DNA from: an uncultured Chloroflexia bacterium
GTDB lineage: Bacteria > Chloroflexota > Limnocylindria > Limnocylindrales > CSP1-4
Direction of reading: 5' to 3'
DNA length: 64,000 nt
Assembly: GCA_963813335.1 (NCBI GenBank)
Contig: CAWEYL010000005.1
Span: 1 to 64,000, forward strand
Shown: in pieces, positions 39,194 through 50,398 of the stretch
How the letters are laid out: every line of letters begins with the position of its first letter
How positions within the stretch are numbered: the stretch's first letter is position 1
The notes under the pieces: model-generated
The model's input: the letters and a program-made list of their open reading frames with translations, nothing else
What the model was told of the DNA's origin: nothing
The model's database searches: none
Position numbers and translations under genes: made by a program

Positions 39194-40159
39194 GTCGATA
39201 TCACGGACCAGACGAAGGACTGGCCGGAGCTCGCCGACGTGAGCCCGGGCCACAAGACCGTCGCGACGTTCAACAACCGCCTGTTCGGCGTCCCGCTGTA
39301 CGCCGACGTCTCGGCGCTGTTCTACAACAAGGACCTCTTCAAGAAGGCCGGGCTCGATCCCAACAAGCCGCCGACCAGCCTCGCAGAGATCCGCTCGTAC
39401 GCCGACAAGATCACCGCGCTGGGCGGTGACACCAAGGGCTACTACCTGCCGGGCAACTGCGCCGGCTGCAACATCTTCACCGTCGGCCCCCTGATGTGGG
39501 CGTCCGGCGCCACGATCGAAGCCGGCAAGTGCGGTGACGAGCCGCTCGTCGGCGATGGCGTCAAGCAGGTCGACCAGTGGGCACGCGACATGGTCGCGGC
39601 CAAGAACGTCCCCGATGGCGCGCGGGCCGAGACCGGCGCCACCTTCGCGGAGCAGTTCGGCTCCGGCAAGCTCGGGATGATGGGGACGGGGAACTTCAAC
39701 ATCGTGCTCGCGCGCGACCAGATGAAGGACCACCCGTTCGAGTTCGGCATCAGCCTCCTCCCGGGCACGGAGGCCGGCAAGTACGCGTCGTTCATCGGCG
39801 GCGACCTGGTCGTCATCCCGAAGGGCAGCAAGCGCGTCGACGACTCGCTCGCGTTCATGCACTACCTGCTGAACGACGCCCAGCAGGTCGAGCTCTACGC
39901 CAAGGCGCTCAACCTGACCACCCGCACCGATCCGAAGCTCCTCGACAACCAGTACTACAAGGCCGAGCCGCTCATCGCGGACGTGGCCAAGGCGCTGGCG
40001 GTCGGCAAGACGCCGTATTCGCTGACCTTCTTCGAGCAGATCAACGATCCGGCCGGCCCCTGGCTGCAGCAGCTCCAGCGGGCGTACTACACGACCGACA
40101 GCATCGACACGATCATCGCTGACGCCAAGACGGCGATGAAGACCATCTCCTGCAAGTAA
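39194..40159 (+). pseudogene. Sugar ABC substrate-binding protein lacking its N-terminus
   Basis: FGVPLYADVSALFYNKDLFKKAGLDPNKPP; no signal peptide or start codon upstream of VDITDQ. Confidence 0.8.
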
Positions 40160-40207
40160 GCCTCTGAAGGGTGCTCCAACCCCGCAGGGATAGCCGCGGG
40201 GTCACCA

Positions 40208-40703
40208 TGCGCCGACCGTTCGCCCGCGCCTGGTCCCGCGTGTGGGCCGGGCGGAACCGCTATCTCACGAGCGCGTTCTGCGTGGCCATCTCCGCATTCA
40301 TGCTCGTGCCGATCGTCTCCTCCGTGCTCACCTCGGTGAAGACGAGGGCGGAGGTGGCTGCGGTGCCGCCGACCTACTTCCCCCACGAGCTGAGCCTCGA
40401 CAACTACGCCCGGCTGTGGGACTACCAGGCCGGGCTGCCCACGTACTTCGGGAACAGCCTGGCGACGGCGGGCATGACGATCGCCTTCACCCTGCTCCTG
40501 ACGATCCCGGCGGGCTACGCGCTGGCGCGGTTCCCGGTCCCGGCCAAGGAGGGCATCTTCGTCTTCCTGCTGCTCGCCCTGATCATCCCGTACCAGGCGC
40601 TCCTGACGCCGATCTTCCTGATGTTCGCGTCCCTGCCGGTCAAGCTGACGAACACGCTGGTAGGCCTGGCCATCCTCCACACGGCGATCCGAGCTGCCAT
40701 TCA
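40208..40703 (+). pseudogene. N-terminal half of a carbohydrate ABC permease
   Basis: SLDNY..GNSL..PAGYALARF..IIPYQALLTP..LHTAI; the EAA loop and C-terminus are missing. Confidence 0.8.
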
Positions 40704-42602
40704 AGCCGAGCGAACGGCGAGCAGCGCCGTCCTGCCCACCGACGGGGCGATCTCCGTCGCGAGGCCGCTACCCGCGCGGGACGTGGCCATCGTCGCCGGC
40801 CTGTGGGCCGACCGGCTCCGAACGAACCGCGAGCGCTCGCTGCAGCACGGGTATGCGGAGCTCAGCCGCGTCGGGAACCTCCAGAACTTCCGGCTCGCCG
40901 CGGGCGCGCAGGGGACCTACCAGGCTCTCGGGGCGCCGATGGGCCTGGTCTTCCCGTTCCTCGACACCGACGTCTACAAATGGCTCGAGGCGGTCGGCTG
41001 GCAGCTTGGGCATGGGCCGGACGCGGGCCTGTCTGCGGCGGCGGACGAGGTGATCGGGCTGATCGAGGCCGCGCAGCGGCCGGACGGCTACATCAACACC
41101 TACGTGCAGGTCGTCGCAGGCGGGGAGCCCTACCGCGACCTCCAGTGGGGCCACGAGCTCTACTGCGTCGGCCACCTCATCCAGGCCGCGATCGCGTGGC
41201 ATCGCTCGATCGGGGACGACCGCCTGCTGACCGTCGCGCTCCGGGCCGTCGCGTCGGTCGACGCCGAGCTGGGACCGGACGGCCGCGACGGCGTCGACGG
41301 CCACCCAGAGGTCGAGATGGCGCTCGTCGAGCTGTACCGGACGACCGGCGACCGGCGCCACCTGGAGCTCGCCAGGCGCATGGTCGAGCTGCGCGGCCAC
41401 GGCATCCTCGGACCGGGACGGTTCGGGGCCGCGTACTGGCAGGACCACCTGCCGGCGCGTGACGCCACGTCCGTGGCCGGCCATGCGGTCCGCCAGCTCT
41501 ACCTCGATCGCGGCGTCGTGGACCTCGCCGTGGAGCTCGGCGATCGCGAGCTGCTCGAGGCGGTGCTCCGGCGCTGGCACGACATGGTCGAGACCCGGAT
41601 GTACCTGACGGGCGGGCTCGGCAGCCGCCAGCACGACGAGGCGTTCGGCGACCCGTACGAGCTGCCGCCGGACCTCGCCTACGCGGAGACCTGCGCCTCG
41701 ATCGCGAGCGTCATGCTCGCCTGGCGCCTGCTGCTCGCCACGGGCGATCCCGCCTGCGCGGACGTCATCGAGCGGGCGGTCTTCAATGGCGTCCTGCCCG
41801 GCGTGGCGGGCGACGGGACCGCGTTCTTCTACGTCAACACCCTCCAGCGCCGGACGGTCCGGGCGGCGACGGCGGACGGTTCCGGCGAGCGCCAGCCGTG
41901 GTTCGCCTGCGCCTGCTGCCCGCCCAACGTCATGCGCCTGCTCAGCTCCTGGGAGCAGTACATCGCGACCGCCGATGGCTCCGGCATCCAGCTGCAGCAG
42001 TACGCGGCCGCGGAGCTGGGCGCCGATGTCGGGGGTGGTCCGGTCCGCCTGCGGGTCGACACCGACTACCCGTGGAGCGGCCGGATCGAGGTGTCGATCC
42101 TCGAGAGCCCGGCGGCGCCCTGGACCCTGACGCTGCGGGTCCCCGGCTGGTGCGAGTCGGCGAGCGTCGAGGTCGCCGGGGCCGCGCCCGAGACCGTCCC
42201 GGCCGGTGCGCGGACCGTCGAGCGGACGCGCTCGTGGACGGCCGGCGAGCGGGTCGTGCTGACCCTCGACATGCCGGTCCGCGTGACCCGGCCGCATCCC
42301 CGGGTCGATGCGGTCCGCGGCTGCGTCGCGTTCGAGCGGGGGCCGATCGTGTACGCGGTCGAGACCGCGGACCTGCCGGCTGGGACGGAGCTCGAGGACG
42401 TCCGCGTCGACGCGCAGGTCCGGCCGAGCCTCACAACACGGGATGACCTGCCCGGTGCGCCGGTCGGGCTCACCCTGGCGGCCAGCTCGGCCTCGACCGG
42501 CGCGGAGACCGAGATCGGGGCGATCCCTACTTCTCCTGGGCGCAGCGGCGGACCGAGGCGATGCGCGTCTGGATCCCGGTTCGCGCGGCCGGCGAGGACT
42601 GA
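40704..42602 (+). CDS. Glycoside hydrolase family 127 (beta-L-arabinofuranosidase HypBA1-like); start lost, frameshift near 42525
   Basis: FLDTDVYKWLEA, HELYCVGH, GHPEVE, GHAVR, YAETCAS, CACCPPN; the shifted C-terminus reads IPYFSWAQR..MRVWIP. Confidence 0.88.
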
Positions 42603-42612
42603 CCGGGCGCCC

Positions 42613-43775
42613 TCAGCCCGCGGCGGTGGGGTCCGCCGCCAGCCCGGCCGGCGCGGGCACGCGGATCGCCGGCGGTGCCGTGGACTCGCGGACGACGAGC
42701 GTCGGGTCGAAGGACTGGATGCGCGCCTCGCGGGGGCTCGTGGGGTCCTGCGCGAAGCCGATGGCCTGGCGGACGCCCTCGCGGACCATCTCGGTGATCG
42801 GCATCCGCAGGGTCGTCAGCGCCGGCGCCGTGTGCGCCGCGATCGGGATGTCGTCGAAGCCGACCACGGACAGCTCGCGCGGGACGATCCGGCCGCGGCT
42901 GTAGGCCGCGTGCAGGACGCCGATCGCCACAAGATCCGTCGAGGTCACGAGGGCGGACGGGGGGTCGTCGAGCTCGAGCAGCGCGTCAAGGGCCGCCTCG
43001 CCGCCGGCCATCGTGTTCGGGACGTCCTGGATGTAGTCCGGACGGACGCCGCCGAAGCGCTCGACCATGAAGCCGATGAACGCGTCGCGGCGCTGCGGGT
43101 TGTCGCCCGGCAGCTGGGCGCTGACCATCGCGATGCGCTCGTGGCCGAGCGCGGCAGGTGCTCCCGGCGAGCGGATGCCAGCGTCGTTGTCGACGTCGAC
43201 GGTCGGGGGAACAGCAGCGGGCTAGCCCGCCAGAGCGCCACGACCGGGACGACGGAATGGCCGAGATCGTCGAGGAGGCGCGGCTGGTCCTGCATGTCGC
43301 CGAGCAGGACGATCGCATCGCAGTGGCGGGTCTCGAGGACCGCGGGCAGTGACCACGCTTCGTCGAGCCGGCCATGGCCGAGCACCACGTTGTAACCGCG
43401 CCGCGCGGACTCGACGGCGAGCGCCTCGATCGCGCCGGCGAAGAACGGGTCGCCGAAGTCACGGACCACCGCTCCCAGCAGCATGGTCGGCGCGCCGCGC
43501 AGGCCGCGGGCCAGGGGGTTCGGCCGGTAGCCGAGCGTCCGGGCGGCAAGGATCACCCGCTCGCGGGTCGCCTCGGTGATGGGGACGCTGGTCGAGACGT
43601 CGTTGAGGACCCGGGATACCGTGCTCTGCGAGACGCCCGCCGCGAGGGCGATGTCGCGCATGGTCGGGACGTAGCCGCGGGACCTGGGCGGCGGGGCCGC
43701 GGGGCGGCCGTCAGTGCTCGAGTCGGGGTCGCGAACGCCGCCCGACCGATCGAGCGTGGCGTCGTCCGGTCCCAT
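42613..43775 (-). CDS. LacI family transcriptional regulator, indels near 43150-43230
   Basis: TMRDIALAAGVSQSTVSRVLN..LGYRPNPLARGL; C-terminal VPRELSVVGFDDI..PALTT in another frame. Confidence 0.88.
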
Positions 43776-43781
43776 CGTGCA

Positions 43782-43813
43782 AGCGTAGCACCGAAGATGC
43801 GGTCATACGTATG
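43782..43813 (-). promoter_or_regulatory. Extended -10 and palindrome upstream of lacI-like gene
   Basis: TGcTACGCT 6 nt before ATG 43775 (leaderless); palindrome CATACGTATG at 43804-43813. Confidence 0.5.
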
Positions 43814-43922
43814 CAATCTTGGGCTGGAGCACGCAAGGATGGACTCCGGGGCCACTTTCGGCGGGCGCGTGGGCGACGCCAGACCCCGGGCGCGACCCGA
43901 ACGATCCGGCTGGCGCCTCGCC

Positions 43923-44768
43923 CTAGTGGACGATCTCGTCGATCTCGGACTGGGTCACCTGCTCGGGCGGCTTCCCGAGGATGATCATGCCGAGGACCTC
44001 GTCCTTGGTGACCTTGTGCTTGTCGACCGTCCCGACGAGCTTCCCGGTGGCCATCACGCTGATCCGGTCGGCCAGGTCGAAGACGTCGTGGATGTCGTGG
44101 CTGATGAGGAAGATGCCGATCCCCTCCTCCTTCAGCTGCGCCACGAGGTCGCGGACCTGCGCGGTCTCGGCCGGGCCGAGGGCCGCGGTGGGCTCGTCCA
44201 TGATCAGGATCTTCGCGTTGAAGTGGATGGCCCGCGCGATGGCGACCGACTGCCGCTGGCCGCCGGAGAGCGACTTCACGGGGACCTTGAAGTTCTTGAA
44301 GCGCGGATTGAGCCGGCCCATGACGTTGCGGGTGGCCGACTCCATGGCAGAGTCGTCCAGCGAGCCGGTCCGCGTCAGGAGCTCGCGTCCGAGGAACATG
44401 TTCCCTGCGGCGTCGATGTTGTCGGCGAGCGCCAGGGTCTGGTAGATGGTCTCGATCCCGTAGCCCTTGGCCTCGCGGGGGTTGCGGATCGTGACCGGCT
44501 CGCCCCGGATCAGGATCTCGCCCGAGTCGGCTGCCTGGGCCCCCGAGAGGACCCGGATGAGGGTCGACTTGCCGGCGCCGTTGCCGCCGACGAGGCCGAC
44601 CACCTCGCCGACGTGCAGGTCGACGCTGACGTCGTCGACGGCGTGCACGCCGCCGAACGAGACGCTGACGTGGCGCATCTCCACGAGCGGCACGTCGGTC
44701 GCCGCGGCGGCCGCGGCCGGCGCGCCCGCGGGGACGACCGTGGTCCCTGGATCCTGGGGGATGGTCAT
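43923..44768 (-). CDS. Monosaccharide ABC transporter ATP-binding protein (single domain, xylose-type)
   Basis: Walker [27 protein letters not shown]. Confidence 0.93.
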   Translation of the reverse strand: MTIPQDPGTTVVPAGAPAAAAAATDVPLVEMRHVSVSFGGVHAVDDVSVDLHVGEVVGLVGGNGAGKSTLIRVLSGAQAADSGEILIRGEPVTIRNPREAKGYGIETIYQTLALADNIDAAGNMFLGRELLTRTGSLDDSAMESATRNVMGRLNPRFKNFKVPVKSLSGGQRQSVAIARAIHFNAKILIMDEPTAALGPAETAQVRDLVAQLKEEGIGIFLISHDIHDVFDLADRISVMATGKLVGTVDKHKVTKDEVLGMIILGKPPEQVTQSEIDEIVH

Positions 44769-44790
44769 GGTCGTGAGCCTCCCATCATCA

Positions 44791-46116
44791 TCACGTGGAC
44801 CGGCGCCGCAGCCACGAGTCGAAGGCGACCGCCGCGATGAGGACGATGCCGACGACGACGTCCTGGGTCGGCGAGTCGACCAGCAGCAGCACCATCCCCG
44901 AGCGCAGCGATTGCATGATCACCGCGCCGATGACCGCCCCCGCGATCGTCCCGATCCCGCCCGCGAACGACGTCCCGCCGATGACCGCCGCCGAGATCAC
45001 GTCGAGCTCGTTCTGGATGCCGAGGTTCGTGACCGCGGCGTTCAGGCGGGCCGTCTGGACGGCCGCGCTGATGGTGGTCAGGATCCCCATCAGGACGAAG
45101 GTCAGCATGAGCGTCCGGCGGACGTTGATGCCACCGAGCTCGGCCGCGTCGGGGTTGCCGCCGATCGCGTAGACGTAGCGGCCGAACTTCCGCCGGTTGG
45201 CGATGTAGGTCATCACCAGCGCGACCCCGACCATGATGATGACGGGGATCGGGATGCCGGTCGGGATGATCAGCCCGCCGGGCGGCTCGGTGATGCCGTG
45301 GTCGATGGCGTACTGCGTCGCCAGCGCCGGCGGCCATGGGTAGCTGTTCATGATCTGGACGGCGCCGAGCACGAGGACGCAGCCGATGGCGCCGACCGTG
45401 ACCTCCGCCCACATCGGGCGGACCGGGAACCCGTAGCGGCGGCGGCGGCGGCGCCCGAAGTAGAGCGTCGCGATGATCGCGATGCAGGCGAGGATGCCGA
45501 CCGCCCAGCTGAGCGTCTCGCCCAGCGACCCGCCCGGGCCGCCGCCGAGGAGCTGGAAGGTCTTGTCGAGGGGCGCGAGCGTCTGCCCCTGGGCATAGCG
45601 GAAGATGAGTCCGCGCCAGATGAGGAAGCCGCCGAGGGTGACGATGAAGGCCGGGACGCGGCCGTAGGCGATGATGAAGCCCTGGAGGGCGCCGATGAGC
45701 GCACCGAGAAGCGCACCGGCGGCGAGCACGACGATCCAGGTGAACGGCTGGTCGTAGCCGAGGCCGAGCGTCTCGGGGATCCAGGTGATCTGCATCATCG
45801 CCATCGTGTAGCCCAGGAAGCCGAGCAGCGAACCGACCGACAGGTCGATGTTGCGCGACACGATGATGAGGACCATGCCGGTCGCCATGATCGCGATCGA
45901 GGCGCTCTGGACCGACAGGTTCGAGAGGTTCCGCGGCGTGATGAAGTTGCCGCCGGACAGGAGGTCGAAGCCCAGCCAGATCACGCCGAGGCCGACGAGC
46001 ATCCCCAGCAGTCGCGTGTCGATCTCGGTGACCCGCAGGAACGCCGTGACGGCCCCACCGATCGAGCGGCGGGGTGGCGTCGGTGCCGTGGCGGGTGCGC
46101 TCGTAGCCTCAGTCAT
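44791..46116 (-). CDS. xylH: Monosaccharide (xylose-type) ABC permease
   Basis: [55 protein letters not shown]. Confidence 0.85.
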   Translation of the reverse strand: MTEATSAPATAPTPPRRSIGGAVTAFLRVTEIDTRLLGMLVGLGVIWLGFDLLSGGNFITPRNLSNLSVQSASIAIMATGMVLIIVSRNIDLSVGSLLGFLGYTMAMMQITWIPETLGLGYDQPFTWIVVLAAGALLGALIGALQGFIIAYGRVPAFIVTLGGFLIWRGLIFRYAQGQTLAPLDKTFQLLGGGPGGSLGETLSWAVGILACIAIIATLYFGRRRRRRYGFPVRPMWAEVTVGAIGCVLVLGAVQIMNSYPWPPALATQYAIDHGITEPPGGLIIPTGIPIPVIIMVGVALVMTYIANRRKFGRYVYAIGGNPDAAELGGINVRRTLMLTFVLMGILTTISAAVQTARLNAAVTNLGIQNELDVISAAVIGGTSFAGGIGTIAGAVIGAVIMQSLRSGMVLLLVDSPTQDVVVGIVLIAAVAFDSWLRRRST

Positions 46117-46164
46117 CGAGGACCCCTTCTCGGGAGGGACACGACGGACTAGGAGAACGTGAGG

Positions 46165-46201
46165 CGCCCTGCCCGGCCGGCGGAGCCGGCGGGGCAGGGC
46201 G
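46165..46201 (-). terminator. GC-rich hairpin between SBP and permease (partial terminator or mRNA stabiliser)
   Basis: CGCCCTGCCC.GCCGGC-gga-GCCGGC.GGGCAGGGCG. Confidence 0.65.
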
Positions 46202-46228
46202 ATCGCTATCGAGGGTCAGTTCGAGCGG

Positions 46229-47308
46229 CTAGCAGCCGCCGACGGAACCCGCCGTGACGTCCTTGCAGAGGTCGGCCTTGGTGATCCAGCCAGCGTCGAG
46301 GACCGCGTTGAGGTTGTCCTTCGTGATCGGGTTCGGCTGGAGCTGGATGCCGCTGACGTTGTTCCCACCGGGGGTGGTGAACGGCGAGGCGCCAGCGATC
46401 TTGTCGACCGCGGTGCCACCGCACAGGGAGATGGCTGCGGCACCGGCGGCCGCGCCCAGGAGGCGCGCGTCCTTCCAGACGGAGACCGTCTGGGAGCCGA
46501 GGGCGACGCGGTTGAGGGCGGCCTTGTCGCCGTCCTGGCCCGAAAGCGGGACCTTGAGGCCCTGTGCCTTGAGCGCAGCGTAGGCGCCCGTGGCCATGCC
46601 GTCGTTCTCGGAGAGGACCGCATCGACCTTGTTGTCGTTGGCGGTCAGGATCTGCTCCATGTTGGTCTGGGCCTTGGCGCCATCCCAGTTGTCGGTGTAG
46701 ACCTCGCCGACGATCTTGATGGTATCGCTCGACTTGCCCACGTCGGGGATGCCGGCCTCGGTCATGCCCGCGCGGAGGAAGTCGGCGTTGGCGTCAGCCT
46801 TGTTGCCCTTGATGATCGCGAAGTTGCCCTTCGAGACGACCTTCAGGATCTCCTGCGCCATCATCTTGCCGACGAGCTTGTTGTCGAAGGTGAGGTAGAG
46901 GACGGCCGGGTCCTCGATCAGGCGGTCATACGCGATGACCGGGATCTTGGCTGCGGTCGCCGCCGCGACGGACGACTTGATGGCCGTGCCGTCCTGGGCG
47001 AGGATGATCAGGACCTTGGCGCCCTGCGAGATCAGGTTCTGGACGTTGGACGTCTGGGTCTCGGCGGACGACTTGGCGTCGTTCGAGATGTACTTGGCGC
47101 CGGCGGCGTCGAGGGCCTTCTTGATGGCCGGCTCGTCCCACTTGGCCCAGCGCTCTTCGTTGTAGTTGTTCCACGACACGCCGACGGTGCATCCGGCGGC
47201 CGAACCGCCGCCCCCGGACGCTGCCGGGCTGCTGCCCGAATTGGAACACGCGGCGAGCGCGATCATCGTGACCGCCCCCATGACCGCGAACCTGCTCTTG
47301 AACTTCAC
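46229..47308 (-). CDS. xylF: D-xylose-type ABC substrate-binding lipoprotein
   Basis: Lipobox ALAAC; VSWNNYNEERW, VIAYDRLI, SENDGMA, SGQDGD, VSVWKDAR; GAGGAG before GTG 47308. Confidence 0.85.
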   Translation of the reverse strand: MKFKSRFAVMGAVTMIALAACSNSGSSPAASGGGGSAAGCTVGVSWNNYNEERWAKWDEPAIKKALDAAGAKYISNDAKSSAETQTSNVQNLISQGAKVLIILAQDGTAIKSSVAAATAAKIPVIAYDRLIEDPAVLYLTFDNKLVGKMMAQEILKVVSKGNFAIIKGNKADANADFLRAGMTEAGIPDVGKSSDTIKIVGEVYTDNWDGAKAQTNMEQILTANDNKVDAVLSENDGMATGAYAALKAQGLKVPLSGQDGDKAALNRVALGSQTVSVWKDARLLGAAAGAAAISLCGGTAVDKIAGASPFTTPGGNNVSGIQLQPNPITKDNLNAVLDAGWITKADLCKDVTAGSVGGC

Positions 47309-47395
47309 TTGGTTGCTCCTCCTCTGTACACATACCGCGACAGAACGCGAGATGGTCGACGCTAGGCTACCACCCTCCTTGTCCGGATTCCGCAC

Positions 47396-48619
47396 TCATG
47401 CGCTGGCTCGGGCGGTCAGGGCGCCACGGCGCAACCACAGCGCCGGATCGCCGAGCAGCGGTTCGAAGGCGAGTTCAGCGGCACCGAGCAGCGGGGCATC
47501 GGCACCGAGGGCCGCCGGGACGACGCGGACCAGGCGTCGCGGGGCCTGCAGCGCGAGCCGGTCGAGTTCGCGCTCGACGACCGCCTGGGTGTACGGATGG
47601 ATGCGCCCCAGCAGGCCGCCGAGGACGATCAGCCGCGGGTCGAAGATGTTCACCAGGCCGGCCAGCCCGCGACCCAGCCATGCCCCCGTCTCCTCGAGCG
47701 CCGCGAGGGCCCGCGGGTTCCCGGCCTCGGCCTCGCGCAGGACCGCGTCCACCTCGAGCGCCCCCCGGCCGGCATGGCGGCCCGCGCGCCGCAGCAGCGC
47801 GCCTTCGCCGACCTCGGTCTCCCAGCAGCCGATGGACCCGCAGCGGCAGGTGACGCCGTTCGGGTTCATGGGCATATGCCCGACCTCGCCGGCGTAGCCG
47901 GCCACGCCGGTGAGCGGCACGCCGTCCACGATCAGGCCGCCGCCGACCCCCACCTCGCCCTGCAGGAACAGCACGTGGTCCGCACCGATGGCGGCGCCAC
48001 GGCGCAACTCGGCGACAGCGCCCAGGTCGGCGTCGTTGGCGATCGAGATCGGGATCGCCCGTCCCAGGGCGGCAGCGAGCCGCTCACCCAGCGGGACGTC
48101 GACCCAGCCGAGGTTGGGGGCCATCGAGACCAGGCCGTCCTGGCGGCGGACCACGCCGACGACGGCGACCCCGATCCCGAGCTCGGGATGGGCGCCTGGG
48201 CGCCGCGAGCGGACGTGCGCCACGAGCCGCGCGAGGTCGGCGACGATCTCCTCGACGGTCGTGTGCCCGGGCGTGCGCTCGATCCGGATGAGGTCGATGA
48301 CCTCGCCGCCGAGGCCCACCCGCGCGACGGCGAGCGAATCGACCGCGATCTCGAGGGCCAGCACGACCGCGCCATGCGGGTCGAGCGAGACCCGCGGCGA
48401 CGGGCGGCCCGGCAGGCCGCGCGCGGATCCCGGCTTCTCGACCGCCAGGCCGCCGGCGACCAGCTCGCCGACGAGCGTCCGGATGGCGCCGCGGGTCAAC
48501 CCGGTGCGGGCTACGAGCGTCGAGCGCGACTGGGGGCCGCGGAGGTGCAGCTCCTGGACGATCGCCCGCAGATTCGCGCGGCGGACCGTCTCGCTTCGCT
48601 GTCCGATCTCGACGACCAA
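47396..48619 (-). CDS. ROK family transcriptional regulator (XylR/NagC-like)
   Basis: N-terminal HTH with GRPS; NDADLGA, GVGGG, AGEVGH, CRCGSIGCWE. Start uncertain (48619 or 48643). Confidence 0.92.
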   Translation of the reverse strand: MVVEIGQRSETVRRANLRAIVQELHLRGPQSRSTLVARTGLTRGAIRTLVGELVAGGLAVEKPGSARGLPGRPSPRVSLDPHGAVVLALEIAVDSLAVARVGLGGEVIDLIRIERTPGHTTVEEIVADLARLVAHVRSRRPGAHPELGIGVAVVGVVRRQDGLVSMAPNLGWVDVPLGERLAAALGRAIPISIANDADLGAVAELRRGAAIGADHVLFLQGEVGVGGGLIVDGVPLTGVAGYAGEVGHMPMNPNGVTCRCGSIGCWETEVGEGALLRRAGRHAGRGALEVDAVLREAEAGNPRALAALEETGAWLGRGLAGLVNIFDPRLIVLGGLLGRIHPYTQAVVERELDRLALQAPRRLVRVVPAALGADAPLLGAAELAFEPLLGDPALWLRRGALTARASA

Positions 48620-48623
48620 CGGT

Positions 48624-48644
48624 TTTGTGTTCCTCTTGCTCAAA
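48624..48644. promoter_or_regulatory. Candidate ROK/XylR operator
   Basis: TTTG-N13-CAAA, AT-rich imperfect palindrome between the divergent ROK and CRTAC1-like genes. Confidence 0.5.
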
Positions 48645-48722
48645 TGACTGCGGTAGGCTCTACCCCGGCCGCCGCCATGTCAAGGGCCATTCCGCGCGAA
48701 GGAGATCGTCAGGGGTGAACGG

Positions 48723-50375
48723 ATGAGCCGGGGCCGGGCGGCCGCCGCGCTGGCCGGCGTCGGCGTCCTCGTCGTCGTCGCCATCGGCGCGCTCGTGGCG
48801 ACCGGGGCGATCGCCGGGAACCGGGCGCTCGAGGCGCCGCACTACGTCGAGGAGACGGCGAGCGCCGGCATCGACCAGGTCTTCGGCAGCGACTTCGTCT
48901 ACTCCGTCGGCGGCGGGGTGGCCGTCTTCGACTGCGACGGCGACGGCAAGCCCGATGTCTACCTCCCCGGCGGGAACGGGCCGGCCACGCTCTACCGGGA
49001 CGTGAGCCCGGTGGGCGGCGCCCTGCGGTTCAGCGCGATCCACGACGCCGCGACCGACCTCGATGCGGTGAACGGCGCCTATCCCCTTGACATCGACGGC
49101 GACGGGATCATCGACCTGGCCGTCCTCCGGGTCGGCGAGAGCGTGCTGCTCCACGGACTCGGGGGCTGCCGCTTCGAGCGGGCGAACGAGGCGTGGGGCT
49201 TCGACGGCGGCCACGCGCAGACCACCGCGTTCAGCGCGACCTGGGAAGGCTCCGCGGCGATGCCGACCCTGGCGATCGGGCGCTACCTGGGCCTCGACGC
49301 CAGCGGCGCGCAGACCAGCACGTGCGACGGGAACGAGCTCGTCCGGCCGGCCGCCGGCGGGTCCGGCTACGGCCCGGCGACGGCCCTCGCCCCGGGTTAC
49401 TGCACGCTCTCGATGCTGTTCAGCGACTGGGACCGGTCCGGCCGCCGCGACCTGCGGGTGAGCAACGACCGCCATTACGACGTCAACGCCCAGGAGCAGC
49501 TCTGGCGGGTGGCGGCCGGCGCGGCGCCGCGTCTCTATACGGAGGCGGATGGCTGGGTGACGATGCGGATCTGGGGGATGGGGATCGCCAGCTACGACGT
49601 GACCGGGGACCCGTACCCGGAGGTCTACCTCACGAGCCAGGGCGACAACAAGCTCCAGACGCTCGCCGCCGGGCCGACCGCGCCGACCTACCGCGATATC
49701 GCCCTCGACCACGGGGTGACCGCCGCCCAGCCGTTCGCGGGCGGCGACGCCCTGCCCTCGACGGCGTGGCACCCCGAGTTCGACGACGTCAACAACGACG
49801 GCTTCATGGACCTCTTCGTGTCCAAGGGCAACGTGAGCGACCAGCCCGACTTCGCCCAGCGCGACCCGAGCAACCTGCTGCTGGGACAGCCCGACGGCGT
49901 CTTCGTCGAAGGGGCGGAGGCGGCCGGCGTGCTGAGCTTCGACCGCGGGCGCGGGGCAGCTCTCGCCGACTTCAACCTCGACGGCCTCCTCGACCTGGTC
50001 GAGGTGGACTACGGCGGCCCGACGCGGATCTGGCGCAACGTCGGCGGCGGCGACGCGTCGAGCCCGGAGCCGATGGGCCACTGGCTCGCCCTGCGGATCG
50101 AGCAGCCGGCCCCGAACCCCGATGCGATCGGCGGCTGGCTCGAGACGCGCGTGGGTGGCGTGACCACCCAGCGAGAGCTGACGGTCGGCGGCGGCCACGT
50201 GGGCGGCCAGCTGGGCTGGGTTCACGTCGGGCTGGGGGCGGCGACCGCGGCCGACGTCCGAGTCCTCTGGCCGGACGGCAGCGCCGGCCCGTGGATCACG
50301 CTGGCGGCCGACCGATTCGCCATCATCACCAAGGGCGCGACGGACGCGACGGCGTGGACGCCGCCGGCCGACTGA
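48723..50375 (+). CDS. CRTAC1 family protein (FG-GAP/VCBS repeats + ASPIC/UnbV domain), membrane-anchored or secreted
   Basis: Repeated DxDGDGxxD loops (DCDGDGKPD, DIDGDGIID, DVNNDGFMD, DFNLDGLLD); C-terminal GGGHVGGQLGWVHVGLG..VLWPDG. Confidence 0.9.
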   Translation: MSRGRAAAALAGVGVLVVVAIGALVATGAIAGNRALEAPHYVEETASAGIDQVFGSDFVYSVGGGVAVFDCDGDGKPDVYLPGGNGPATLYRDVSPVGGALRFSAIHDAATDLDAVNGAYPLDIDGDGIIDLAVLRVGESVLLHGLGGCRFERANEAWGFDGGHAQTTAFSATWEGSAAMPTLAIGRYLGLDASGAQTSTCDGNELVRPAAGGSGYGPATALAPGYCTLSMLFSDWDRSGRRDLRVSNDRHYDVNAQEQLWRVAAGAAPRLYTEADGWVTMRIWGMGIASYDVTGDPYPEVYLTSQGDNKLQTLAAGPTAPTYRDIALDHGVTAAQPFAGGDALPSTAWHPEFDDVNNDGFMDLFVSKGNVSDQPDFAQRDPSNLLLGQPDGVFVEGAEAAGVLSFDRGRGAALADFNLDGLLDLVEVDYGGPTRIWRNVGGGDASSPEPMGHWLALRIEQPAPNPDAIGGWLETRVGGVTTQRELTVGGGHVGGQLGWVHVGLGAATAADVRVLWPDGSAGPWITLAADRFAIITKGATDATAWTPPAD

Positions 50376-50398
50376 CCGAGCGACGAGGAGGACGATCG

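Noticed and set aside
40171-43395. 1074-aa permease-glycosidase fusion protein
   Set aside because: It is produced by a deletion-like junction near 40700 and a frameshift near 42525; the tail runs antisense into the lacI-like gene.
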